64,000 bases of DNA from an uncultured bacterium (GTDB lineage: Bacteria; Omnitrophota; Omnitrophia; Omnitrophales; Aquincolibacteriaceae). A program made the translations under genes and the position numbers. The notes under the pieces are model-generated. The model saw only the letters and a list, made by a program, of their open reading frames with translations. It made no database searches and was not told the DNA's origin. The stretch covers positions 49,252 to 113,251 of the forward strand of contig CAYZYT010000003.1 in assembly GCA_964482725.1 (NCBI GenBank), written 5' to 3'. The first letter of the stretch is position 1; each line of letters opens with the position of its first letter. Below are positions 27,651 to 36,270 of this stretch, in pieces.

Positions 27651-29789
27651 GTGGCTTTCGATAAATCAAAATTCATCGACCAGTTCAAAACCGAGACGCG
27701 GGAGCGCATCCAGACGCTCAGTCTTGGCTTGCTGAAGCTTGAGAAAAATCCCTCGGACCGTGAACTTTTAAATTCCATGATGCGGGAGGCCCACAGCATT
27801 AAGGGCGGGGCCGGCATGATGGGGTACAAACGGATCGCGGACATCACCCATAAAATGGAAGACGGTCTTCAGCGAGCTTTGAACGGTCAAATCACCCTTA
27901 CAAAAACTTGTTTCGAAATGCTTTTTAAGTGCCTGGATGCCGTCGAGCCGCTTCTTCAGGATAAAGTGACCTGGAACGATCGCGGGATCAACCGAGACTT
28001 CACGGAAGATCTCTGCGTTTTGGCTGAAAAGATTTTTTCAGGAAATTTCAAGGGAGAAATCCCTCCGACGGTGGAAGCCGCGGTGGCATGTGCGGTGCCT
28101 GAAGCTCCGTTGGCGTCTGAACCCGAGGCGCCCCTGCCGCCGGCTTCGGAACCTGCGGCACCCGTGGAGGACAGTGTTCGGGTGGATATCGAAAAACTGA
28201 ACCGTCTGATTAATCTTTCCGGGGAGCTGCTCATTTCCAAAATTCGTCTCGAAGAACTTTCCAAAAACCTTTTGGAGAAAGCGGAAGCTCAGGGAGAAGC
28301 GTACGGGGTTTTCAGCGGAGTGGTGAAGGATCTGACCGCGGTGACGGACCGAATTGATCTCCTGACTGAGAACATGCAGGATGAAATGATGAAGGTGCGG
28401 ATGTTGCCGGTGGCTTATCTCTTCAATACGTTCCCCAGGGCGATGAGGGATCTTGCCCAGTCAAAAGGCAAGGGAATCGATCTTGTGATCGAGGGACAGG
28501 AGACCCATCTGGATAAAGCGATCCTAGATGAGATGAAAGTTCCTCTCATGCATCTTTTAAGGAATTCGGTGGATCATGGGATCGAATCTCCTGAGGAGAG
28601 GATAAGACAGAACAAGCCGGCTGTTGGGAAGATCTGTCTTTCTGCCACCCAAGAGGGTTCTCAGGTGGTCATTGCGGTAACGGATGATGGCCGCGGGATC
28701 GATGTGGCCAAGGTCAAGGAGATCGCGGTCGCGAAGGGGCTTGTTTCGCGAGAAAATATTCAGTCCATGGTGGATGAACAGGTCTTCCAGTTGCTTTTTG
28801 CCCCCGGGTTCAGCACGAGTGAAGAAGTGACCGAGATCTCGGGGCGCGGGGTCGGGCTTGATGTGGTCCGGGAAACGGTGATCCGGCTGAAGGGCATGGT
28901 GGAGGTCAGCTCCGATCCTTCTTTAGGGACGAGCTTTATCATCCGTTTGCCGCTGACACTTGCGATCACCAAAAGTCTTCTCGTGATGGCAGGAAGCGAT
29001 ACGTACGCCATCCCGGTCGATTCGGTGATCGAAACGGTCCGCATCGATCTGGACAATCTGAAGACTGTCGAGACCAAAGATGTGATCACCGTCCGCGGGC
29101 ACATTTTGCCGGTCGTGAAGTTGCATGATATTTTCGGGCTTCCCGCGAAAGGGATCCTGGAAAAGAAGTTTTTCCCCGTCCTGATCGTTCAGTCCGTTGA
29201 AAAAAGGGTCGGCCTCCTGGTGGATGAGCTTATCGGGCGCCAGGAGATCATCTCCAAAAGCATGGGGGATCCCTTGAAGCATGTGAAGCACATTTCGGGT
29301 GCGACGATCCTGGGAAGCGGGAAAGTGGTGATGATCCTGGATATCCCGTCGATCATCCATTCGGCGGAGGGCGGGGTGGTGCGGCCGTCGGAGGCAAAGC
29401 CCAAGGGGGCCCCCGGCAAAAAGAAAAAAACGATCTTGCTTGCCGAAGATACGCTCACGACTGCCATGCTCGAGAAAAACATCCTGGAGTCGGTGGGCTA
29501 TTCGGTCGTTATTGCGCGCGACGGCCAGGAAGCGCTCGACAAGGCTTCCCAGGAGAAATTCGATCTTGTGATCTCCGACGTTTTGATGCCGCGCATGGAC
29601 GGGTTTGAGCTGGTGACGCGCCTTCGAAGAGAAAAAAATTATAAAGAAATTCCGATCATCATCGTGACCACGCGTGAAAGCGATGAAGATAAGCGCAAAG
29701 GTATGGAAGCCGGAGCGAATGCCTATCTTCTGAAAAGCGATTTTACTTCCGAAGGTCTTCTGGAGACGATCGAGCGACTGCTCGGGTAA
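27651..29789 (+). CDS. cheA: CheA histidine kinase fused to a C-terminal CheY-like receiver (CheA-REC hybrid)
   Basis: The domain series is Hpt (REAHSIKGGAGMMGY), dimerisation, HATPase (GRGVGLDVV), CheW-like, then REC (ILLAEDTL...DLVISDVLMPRMDGFEL...LLKSDF). A GTG start has a GGGGG RBS-like motif upstream. Confidence 0.95.
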   Translation: MAFDKSKFIDQFKTETRERIQTLSLGLLKLEKNPSDRELLNSMMREAHSIKGGAGMMGYKRIADITHKMEDGLQRALNGQITLTKTCFEMLFKCLDAVEPLLQDKVTWNDRGINRDFTEDLCVLAEKIFSGNFKGEIPPTVEAAVACAVPEAPLASEPEAPLPPASEPAAPVEDSVRVDIEKLNRLINLSGELLISKIRLEELSKNLLEKAEAQGEAYGVFSGVVKDLTAVTDRIDLLTENMQDEMMKVRMLPVAYLFNTFPRAMRDLAQSKGKGIDLVIEGQETHLDKAILDEMKVPLMHLLRNSVDHGIESPEERIRQNKPAVGKICLSATQEGSQVVIAVTDDGRGIDVAKVKEIAVAKGLVSRENIQSMVDEQVFQLLFAPGFSTSEEVTEISGRGVGLDVVRETVIRLKGMVEVSSDPSLGTSFIIRLPLTLAITKSLLVMAGSDTYAIPVDSVIETVRIDLDNLKTVETKDVITVRGHILPVVKLHDIFGLPAKGILEKKFFPVLIVQSVEKRVGLLVDELIGRQEIISKSMGDPLKHVKHISGATILGSGKVVMILDIPSIIHSAEGGVVRPSEAKPKGAPGKKKKTILLAEDTLTTAMLEKNILESVGYSVVIARDGQEALDKASQEKFDLVISDVLMPRMDGFELVTRLRREKNYKEIPIIIVTTRESDEDKRKGMEAGANAYLLKSDFTSEGLLETIERLLG

Positions 29790-29790
29790 A

Positions 29791-29890
29791 ACAAATCCTA
29801 AATCTGAAATCCAAGCTCTATGCATAAAATCCGAAATACGAATATCGAAATTCGAAATAATTCATTAATTTCAAAAATCCAAACAAGATA
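29791..29890. repeat. Left arm of the inverted repeat flanking the four-helix-bundle ORF (AAATCCTAAAT / AAATCCGAAATACGAATATCGAAATTCGAAA words)
   Basis: It matches the reverse complement of 30250-30360 (for example AATCCGAATATCGAAACTCGAAA) and shares words with the repeats at 16541-16650 and 39731-39828. Confidence 0.5.
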
Positions 29891-29895
29891 AACCG

Positions 29896-30243
29896 ATGGC
29901 TGGAAAATACGATTTAGAAGAAAGCACGGAGAAATTCGCTCGGGATGTGATCCGGTTTTGTAAGGTCTTGCCTAAGAATGCCATCAATTTTGAACTTATG
30001 AGCCAAGTGGTGCGGTCGGCGGGATCCGTAGGTGCTAACTACATAGAGGCAAATGAAGCGCTTAGAAAAAAAGATTTTCTTCACCGCATTAAAATCTGTA
30101 GGAAAGAAGCGAAAGAGACCAGATATTGGTTGCGGCTTATCGGATCAGATGATGTCGCTATCGAAAAAGAGGCAAGCTGTTTGGGTAAGGAAGCTACTGA
30201 GCTGATGAACATCTTCGGAGCAATCCTCAGAAAAGCTTCATAG
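29896..30243 (+). CDS. Four-helix-bundle protein (23S rRNA intervening-sequence protein family)
   Basis: The 115-aa product MAGKYDLEESTEKFARDVIRFCKVLPKNAINFELMSQVVRSAGSVGANYIEANEALRKKDFLHRIKICRKEAKETRYWLRLI matches the conserved pattern of this family as I remember it. The ORF lies in the loop of a long inverted repeat. Confidence 0.8.
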   Translation: MAGKYDLEESTEKFARDVIRFCKVLPKNAINFELMSQVVRSAGSVGANYIEANEALRKKDFLHRIKICRKEAKETRYWLRLIGSDDVAIEKEASCLGKEATELMNIFGAILRKAS

Positions 30244-30249
30244 CTGGGC

Positions 30250-30360
30250 GTTTAAGCATTGGAAAATTCGAATTTGTTTCGAGTTTCGATATTCGGATTT
30301 AGGGTTTAGCGTTTAGAATTTAGGGTTTATTTTTGTTTCGATGTTCGGATTTTGATATTT
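30250..30360. repeat. Right arm of the inverted repeat flanking the four-helix-bundle ORF (TTTCGATATTCGGATTTAGGGTTTAG words)
   Basis: It is the reverse-complement partner of 29791-29890 and contains three TTTAGGGTTTA-like words. Confidence 0.5.
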
Positions 30361-30378
30361 GCATTTAAAGGGGGATCC

Positions 30379-31392
30379 ATGCCAAAAACCATCCGGGTTC
30401 TGATCGTGGACGATTCGACGCTGGCCCGTCAGGCTCTGAGCGCCCTTCTTAGTACGGATCCCGAGATCGAAGTGATCGGAGAGGCTCGTAACGGGAGAGA
30501 GGGTTATGAGAAGACCCTGGCTTTAAGGCCCGACGTGATCACTATGGATATTACGATGCCGGTCATGGATGGGGTTCAGGCCACGGAACTTATCATGGAG
30601 GAAGTCCCCACGCCGATCGTGCTCGTTAGCACCCGGGATGTCCAGGTGATCGTCAAGGCGCTCGCGTTCGGGGCGATGGATTTTGTGGCGAGCACCGGGG
30701 ATCTTGAAGAGATGAGGGCAGAGCTGATCGACAAGGTGAGGATCGCTTCACGAGTGAGGGCGATCCGGCGTATGCATACCCGTCCAGTCCTTCAAAGAAC
30801 GATTACTCGCCGGCCGGCCGCATCCACGGTCGTGGCTCTCGGGATATCAACGGGAGGCCCCCAGGCGCTTCAAATCCTGCTCTCCATGTTGCCGGCTAAA
30901 TTCCCTGGGAGCATTCTTGTGGTCCAGCATATTTCTTCCGGTTTTATTCAAGGGCTCGTGGAATGGTTGAGTGTCACCTCTCCACTCGATATCCGTGTCG
31001 CGAAGGCCGGGGATGCATTGAAGATCGGAACGGTCTTTTTCGCGCCGGATGGTGTTCATATGACTGTAGATAAAGAGGAAAAGATCGCTCTCAAGGAAGA
31101 TGTCTCCAAAAAGATGCTCCACGTCCCTTCGATCGATGTGATGATGCGATCCGTGGCGGAAGTTTATCAAGAAAGAGCCCTGGGGGTCATCATGACCGGG
31201 ATGGGCCACGATGGTGTGGAGGGGATCTCTTCGATCAAGTCTGCGGGAGGTTATACGATCGCGCAGGATGAAAAAACGTCCGCGATCTATGGGATGAACA
31301 AGCTTGCGGTAGATCAAGGTACGATCGAGCGTGTGTTGGCGCTTGAGCAGATCGCCGCCGAATTGATTCGCGTCGCCGGCGGCACGTACTAA
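30379..31392 (+). CDS. cheB: Chemotaxis response regulator protein-glutamate methylesterase CheB
   Basis: It has an N-terminal REC domain (RVLIVDDS...VITMDITMP) and a C-terminal methylesterase with the catalytic triad context GISTGGPQAL, VVQHISSGF and TGMGHDG. An AAAGGGGG RBS precedes the ATG at 30379. Confidence 0.9.
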   Translation: MPKTIRVLIVDDSTLARQALSALLSTDPEIEVIGEARNGREGYEKTLALRPDVITMDITMPVMDGVQATELIMEEVPTPIVLVSTRDVQVIVKALAFGAMDFVASTGDLEEMRAELIDKVRIASRVRAIRRMHTRPVLQRTITRRPAASTVVALGISTGGPQALQILLSMLPAKFPGSILVVQHISSGFIQGLVEWLSVTSPLDIRVAKAGDALKIGTVFFAPDGVHMTVDKEEKIALKEDVSKKMLHVPSIDVMMRSVAEVYQERALGVIMTGMGHDGVEGISSIKSAGGYTIAQDEKTSAIYGMNKLAVDQGTIERVLALEQIAAELIRVAGGTY

Positions 31393-31420
31393 CTCCCCGA
31401 GAAAAAGTTTTTTAAAGCTT

Positions 31421-31509
31421 CGTCATCCTGAGCACCGCGAAGGATCCCGCTTTGAGATTCTTCGGCCTGCTGCTTCTTGCTTCCGCAAGAAGCAGGTCTC
31501 AGAATGACG
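31421..31509. repeat. MITE-like nested palindrome element, copy E2 of the GTCATYC...GRATGAC family
   Basis: It reads cgtcatcctgagc ... gaaggatcccgctttgagattcttc ... ctgcttcttgcttccgcaagaagcag ... ctcagaatgacg, and is homologous along its length to 39829-39936. Confidence 0.55.
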
Positions 31510-31556
31510 TTTTTTGGGGTGCAGGATAAAACCATTTTTTTCATATAGGAAAATCC

Positions 31557-32750
31557 ATGAAAAAGAGAATTCTTGTGGTGGATGATAGCTCGCTGGTGCG
31601 CGAGATGTACAAGGCTCAGTTGGAAGAAGCCGGCTATGAGGTCTGGACCTCAGCGGATGGGATCGAAGCAATTAATGCGGCGTTCACTCAATCTCCCGAC
31701 CTCGTTTTGTTGGATGTCCATATGCCCAAGATCAATGGGTATCAAGTCTGCCGGCTTCTCAAGGATCGTTCTGAAACCAAAGATATCCCGATCGTCATTA
31801 TGACGGCTCGGGATGCCGGCGGGGTGGTCGAAGATCCCCAGAAATGGAGTTTTCAGACCGGCGCAGACGGATTTTATGGCAAAGACGAAGGCGCGGCCCT
31901 GCTGCCCTCCGTAGCCTTGTACCTTCAAAAAAATAGGCCCCTTGCGAAATCTCCCTTGGCCGGTCAGGCCAAAGCCATGAGTGAGACCGAGATCATGCTC
32001 GCGCTTTCCGAGCTTTTGGACCGCCAGCTTTATCTGGATATCACGCGGCTCAAGGAATTGAATGAAATGAAGAATGTGTTTGTTTCGAACGTGGCCCACG
32101 AGTTCCGAACACCGATCGCGGCCATGCAAGGTTATCTCGAGAACCTCCGGGATGGCATTTATGGTCCGGTGACGTCGGAACAGAAAGAAACCATGGCGGC
32201 GATGCTCAAGACGATCAGGCGCGTCTTGCGTTTAACACGGGACATGCTGGATATTTCAAAGATCGAAGCGGGAAGGCTCGAGCTGGATCACCAGGATGTT
32301 GACCTCGCGAAGGTCGTCAGGGAAGCGGCCAAGACTTTTGAAATCGAGGCTTCCAAAAAACGGATCAAGCTTGTTCTTCAGATCCCGGGCAATCCCGTTC
32401 ATTTCTGGGGGGACGAAGACCGGATACCTCAAGTGTTCGTGAATCTCATCAGCAATGCCATTAAATACACCCCCGAAGGCCAGACCGTAACGGTTCGGGT
32501 TCATGAAGAGCCGCAGGACGGTGCGATCCGTGTTGAGGTGGAAGATACCGGCAAGGGAATTCCTGTAGATCAGAGAGAAAATATCTTTGATAAATTCACC
32601 CGGATCAAGACTGAGAAAGAGGAAGGCACAGGCCTCGGGCTCTCCATCGCGAAGGACCTCGTCATGCTGCACGGAGGGAATATCTGGGTCGAGTCCGTTT
32701 CCCCCACAGGTTCCCGCTTCGTGGTCATTTTGCCCCAGAAGAAACCCTAG
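31557..32750 (+). CDS. Hybrid response regulator/histidine kinase (N-terminal REC, then HisKA and HATPase)
   Basis: The REC domain reads RILVVDDSSLVREM...LVLLDVHMPKINGYQVC, HisKA reads NVAHEFRTPIAAMQGY, and HATPase reads DEDRIPQVFVNLISNAIKYT ... DTGKGIP ... GTGLGLSIAK. Confidence 0.85.
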   Translation: MKKRILVVDDSSLVREMYKAQLEEAGYEVWTSADGIEAINAAFTQSPDLVLLDVHMPKINGYQVCRLLKDRSETKDIPIVIMTARDAGGVVEDPQKWSFQTGADGFYGKDEGAALLPSVALYLQKNRPLAKSPLAGQAKAMSETEIMLALSELLDRQLYLDITRLKELNEMKNVFVSNVAHEFRTPIAAMQGYLENLRDGIYGPVTSEQKETMAAMLKTIRRVLRLTRDMLDISKIEAGRLELDHQDVDLAKVVREAAKTFEIEASKKRIKLVLQIPGNPVHFWGDEDRIPQVFVNLISNAIKYTPEGQTVTVRVHEEPQDGAIRVEVEDTGKGIPVDQRENIFDKFTRIKTEKEEGTGLGLSIAKDLVMLHGGNIWVESVSPTGSRFVVILPQKKP

Positions 32751-32895
32751 TTCCCGCTTCGCGTCGCTTCCGAAAAATTCAGCCGACCAGCTTTCAAGGC
32801 AGGGACAAGGGGTTTAGTCCGTGGGGGGGTATGTCGATAATGAGTTATCGACATAATTCAGGTTTATGAACTATCATTAGGGAGAATCATGCTAA

Positions 32896-33285
32896 GTGGC
32901 GGGGTGTTCCGTGGCTAAAAAAATTCTGCTGGTCGATGACAGCGCGTTGGTGTGCGCCATGATCAAGACGCAGTTGGAAGAGGCCGGTTATGAGGTCTTG
33001 ATCGCGAAAGATGGGCAGGAGGGTTTGGACCTCGCACGTAAGGAAGTGCCCGATTTTATCTTGCTGGATCTGATGCTTCCAAAACTCGATGGCTATAAAG
33101 TCTGCCGGATGCTCAAATTCGACAAAGTTTTCGAGCATATTCCCGTTATTATTTTTTCGGCTCGGGAGAGTGATGCGGATAAGAAACTCGCGGAGCAGTC
33201 CGGGGCCAACGCGTATATGGTCAAACCGTTCGATCCGGAGTTGTTCCATAAGACGATCCAGAAGTTGACCCGGAACTCAGCCTAG
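32896..33285 (+). CDS. Single-domain CheY-like response regulator (paralog 1 of 4)
   Basis: It has the acidic pocket LLVDDS, phosphoacceptor Asp in FILLDLMLP, and Lys in MVKPFD. It is closest to paralog 4. Confidence 0.85.
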   Translation: MAGCSVAKKILLVDDSALVCAMIKTQLEEAGYEVLIAKDGQEGLDLARKEVPDFILLDLMLPKLDGYKVCRMLKFDKVFEHIPVIIFSARESDADKKLAEQSGANAYMVKPFDPELFHKTIQKLTRNSA

Positions 33286-33313
33286 ATCATTCAGGGATGC
33301 GAGAGTTGCTTCT

Positions 33314-33724
33314 ATGAAAAAAAAGATTCTTTTGGTGGAAGATGAATCCCAGATACGGACGATCATTAGCGCGCGGTTGGCGGCCATGGGTTTTGAGGTG
33401 CTGATCGCGAAAGATGGTCTCGAGGGGCTGCATCTCGTTCGCAAGGAATCTCCGGACGTCGTTTTGTTGGATCTGATGCTCCCCGGAATGGACGGCTACA
33501 AACTATGCCGGATGATCAAATTCGATGTGGCTCTTGAACATATCCCGGTCGTCATTTGTTCGGCCAGGGCGAGTGATGAGGACAAGAAACGTGCAGAACA
33601 GTCCGGCGCTGACGCTTATCTGGTGAAGCCGTTCGAGATCAAATTGTTTGTGGAGACCATCCAGAAGCTGCTAGGGGTCTCACCTTCCAACCAACCTGAC
33701 GGGTTAGAAAAACCAGACTCGTGA
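33314..33724 (+). CDS. Single-domain CheY-like response regulator (paralog 2 of 4)
   Basis: It has the REC motifs LLVEDES, VVLLDLMLPGMDGYKLC and LVKPFE, plus a short C-terminal tail. Confidence 0.85.
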   Translation: MKKKILLVEDESQIRTIISARLAAMGFEVLIAKDGLEGLHLVRKESPDVVLLDLMLPGMDGYKLCRMIKFDVALEHIPVVICSARASDEDKKRAEQSGADAYLVKPFEIKLFVETIQKLLGVSPSNQPDGLEKPDS

Positions 33725-33764
33725 AAAGTTATTGGATAGAGTCAAGGGCGCGTGAGGGGCTTTT

Positions 33765-34133
33765 ATGAAAAAAAAGGTCCTTTTTGTGGAGGATGAATCC
33801 CAGATACGGGAGATCATTCTCGCGCGGTTGACCGCCATGGATTTTGAGGTGGTGGTCGCCAAAGACGGTCTCGAGGGTTTGCGGCTTGTTCGCACGAAAC
33901 GCCCCGACATGGTTTTACTGGACCTGATCCTTCCAAAACTGGACGGCTACAAGCTTTGCCGGATGATCAAGTTCGATACCACGCTTGAGCATATTCCGGT
34001 GATCATCTGCTCGGCCCTGGGAAGCGACGAGGACAAAAAACTCGCCGAACAAGCCGGCGCAGATGCGTACATGATCAAACCGTTCGATATGGATTTGTTT
34101 GTTTCCCTGGTCCAAAAGCTGACGGGTGTTTGA
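33765..34133 (+). CDS. Single-domain CheY-like response regulator (paralog 3 of 4)
   Basis: It has the REC motifs LFVEDES, MVLLDLILPKLDGYKLC and MIKPFD. It is closest to paralog 2. Confidence 0.85.
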   Translation: MKKKVLFVEDESQIREIILARLTAMDFEVVVAKDGLEGLRLVRTKRPDMVLLDLILPKLDGYKLCRMIKFDTTLEHIPVIICSALGSDEDKKLAEQAGADAYMIKPFDMDLFVSLVQKLTGV

Positions 34134-34213
34134 TCTTCAGGTTTGGATTTTGAGAACAGGCGTTTTTAGGGATTTTTATTTTGATAAAATGAAAGGTGAA
34201 TAGGGCGAATTTC

Positions 34214-34582
34214 ATGAAAAAAAGGATCCTTTTGGTGGATGATGAGCCCAATATTCTGACGATCGTGAGCGCGCGCCTGGTGGCCCTGGGTTTCGAAGTG
34301 CTGATCGCTCGAGACGGTCAGGAGGGCTTGGACCTTGCGCGCAAGGAATCTCCGGATGCGATCTTGTTGGATCTGATGCTTCCGAAGCTCGATGGTTATA
34401 AAGTCTGCCGGATGCTCAAATTCGACAAGGTTTATGGGCATATCCCGGTGATCATCTTTTCAGCCAAGGGGAGTGAGGAGTCTAAGAAGATGGCGGATCA
34501 GGCCGGTGCCGACGCGTATATGGTCAAGCCGTTCGATAACAAGTTGTTCGCGGAGACAATGAAGAGGCTGACAGGGGTTTGA
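34214..34582 (+). CDS. Single-domain CheY-like response regulator (paralog 4 of 4)
   Basis: It has the REC motifs LLVDDEP, AILLDLMLPKLDGYKVC and MVKPFD. An alternative GTG start lies at 34196. Confidence 0.85.
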   Translation: MKKRILLVDDEPNILTIVSARLVALGFEVLIARDGQEGLDLARKESPDAILLDLMLPKLDGYKVCRMLKFDKVYGHIPVIIFSAKGSEESKKMADQAGADAYMVKPFDNKLFAETMKRLTGV

Positions 34583-34599
34583 CCCTGATCGGAGAGACG

Positions 34600-36270
34600 A
34601 TGGTCCCAGACGTTAAATTATTAGAATTGTTGGTGAAGCAAGGGATGCTTCAGCAGGAGCAGGCGGATCAGGCCAAAAAAGAGGCGGGTCGCGTCGGCCA
34701 GTCTCTTGAATCCGTTCTTGTGAAGAGCGGTTTTATCACCGATGAAGAACTCGCCAGCACAAAAGCTACGATCCTCGGAGTGCCCTACATCGACATCAAT
34801 AATTATCGTCTCGACCGTGAACTGGTCAAGTTGATCCCCGAGAAGATCGCAAAGAAATACAGTCTTATCCCTCTTTTTTCGACCGGCGAAGCGCTTTCCA
34901 TCGGGATGATCGATCCTCAGAATATCGTGGCCATCGACCAGATCCGTAAACTCACCAACTTTGACGTGGTCGATCCCATCCTGGTCTCCTCAGGAGGTTT
35001 TCAGGCCGCGCTCAACACCTATTATCGTTCCTACGGTTCCATGGCGGATATCGTCAAGACCCTTGAAAAAGAGAAAACGCCCAGCATGGGCGAATCGCTT
35101 TTGGGCGAGATCACTGAGAAGACCCCTGTCAGCAAGCTCGTGGATTCTTTGCTGATGCAGGCCGTTCAATCTCGAGCCTCGGACATCCATATTGAACCTG
35201 AAGAAACGATCGTTTCGGTACGGCTTCGCGTGGACGGGCTTTTGCATCACATCACGACTTTTCCGCTTGTGATCCAAAACGCGGTCGTCTCGCGCGTGAA
35301 GATCCTGGGCGGCATGGATATCACCGAGAACCGGAAGCCCCAGGACGGCAAGATCCGCATGGAGCTCGAGGGGAAGGATCTGGATATCCGCGTTTCAACC
35401 TTCCCGACCCTTTTCGGCGAGAACGTGGTGCTGCGACTTTTGGACAAGCGTGCGATGCTTCCGAACCTTGTGGAATTAGGTTTTTCCAAAGAGAACCTCG
35501 ATAATTTTTCAAAACTGATCACGCGCTCGCATGGCATCATTCTGGTAACCGGCCCCACGGGAAGCGGGAAAACGACTACGCTTTACGCGGCGCTTTCCAA
35601 GATCAACAGCGAAGAGAAAAATATTGTGACGATCGAAGATCCCGTGGAATATGTGCTGCCCCGGGTTCGTCAGACCCAGGTCAATGTCAAAGCCGGCATC
35701 ACCTTTGCCAACGGGCTGCGAGGATTTTTGCGTCAAGATCCAGACATTATGATGGTCGGTGAGATCCGCGATAAGGAGACTGTGGAAATGGCGATCCAGT
35801 CGGCGCTGACCGGACATCTTGTGTTCTCAACCTTGCACACCAACGACGCCCCTTCCGCCTTGGCGCGCCTCATCGACATGGGGGCGGAACCGTTTCTGAT
35901 CTCTAGCTCGGTGATCGGGATCCTGGCGCAGAGGCTTGTTCGTGTGAATTGTCCCAAGTGTCGTGAGCCTTACACTCCCTCAGCTGCGGTGCTCCAAAGC
36001 GTCGGACTTCCGGAGGGAACCCAGGTGATGCGCGGGAAAGGCTGCACCAAATGCAACCAGAGCGGATTCACAGGTCGTATTGGGATCTTTGAGTTGATGT
36101 ACATTACCGATGAGATCAAATCCCTTGTGGATGCTCGTCGTTCGGCCGCGGATATCAAGAAGAAAGCCGTGGAGCAGGGGATGAAGACCTTGCGGCAGGA
36201 TGGTTTAGAAAAAGTCCTGAAAGGGATGACGCCTCTCGAAGAAGTCCTGAGAGTGACCGAGATCGAATAA
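34600..36270 (+). CDS. pilB: Type IV pilus assembly ATPase PilB/GspE family (MshE-like)
   Basis: It has an N-terminal T2SSE_N-like domain, Walker A GPTGSGKTTTLYA, Asp and His boxes, and a tetracysteine motif (CPKCREPY...CTKCNQSGF). The start was chosen at the ATG with a GGAGAG RBS, although the ORF opens at a TTG at 34579. Confidence 0.9.
   Translation: MVPDVKLLELLVKQGMLQQEQADQAKKEAGRVGQSLESVLVKSGFITDEELASTKATILGVPYIDINNYRLDRELVKLIPEKIAKKYSLIPLFSTGEALSIGMIDPQNIVAIDQIRKLTNFDVVDPILVSSGGFQAALNTYYRSYGSMADIVKTLEKEKTPSMGESLLGEITEKTPVSKLVDSLLMQAVQSRASDIHIEPEETIVSVRLRVDGLLHHITTFPLVIQNAVVSRVKILGGMDITENRKPQDGKIRMELEGKDLDIRVSTFPTLFGENVVLRLLDKRAMLPNLVELGFSKENLDNFSKLITRSHGIILVTGPTGSGKTTTLYAALSKINSEEKNIVTIEDPVEYVLPRVRQTQVNVKAGITFANGLRGFLRQDPDIMMVGEIRDKETVEMAIQSALTGHLVFSTLHTNDAPSALARLIDMGAEPFLISSSVIGILAQRLVRVNCPKCREPYTPSAAVLQSVGLPEGTQVMRGKGCTKCNQSGFTGRIGIFELMYITDEIKSLVDARRSAADIKKKAVEQGMKTLRQDGLEKVLKGMTPLEEVLRVTEIE

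Noticed and set aside
28923-29825. A 300-aa minus-strand ORF opposite cheA
   Set aside because: It is embedded in the unambiguous CheA-REC gene.
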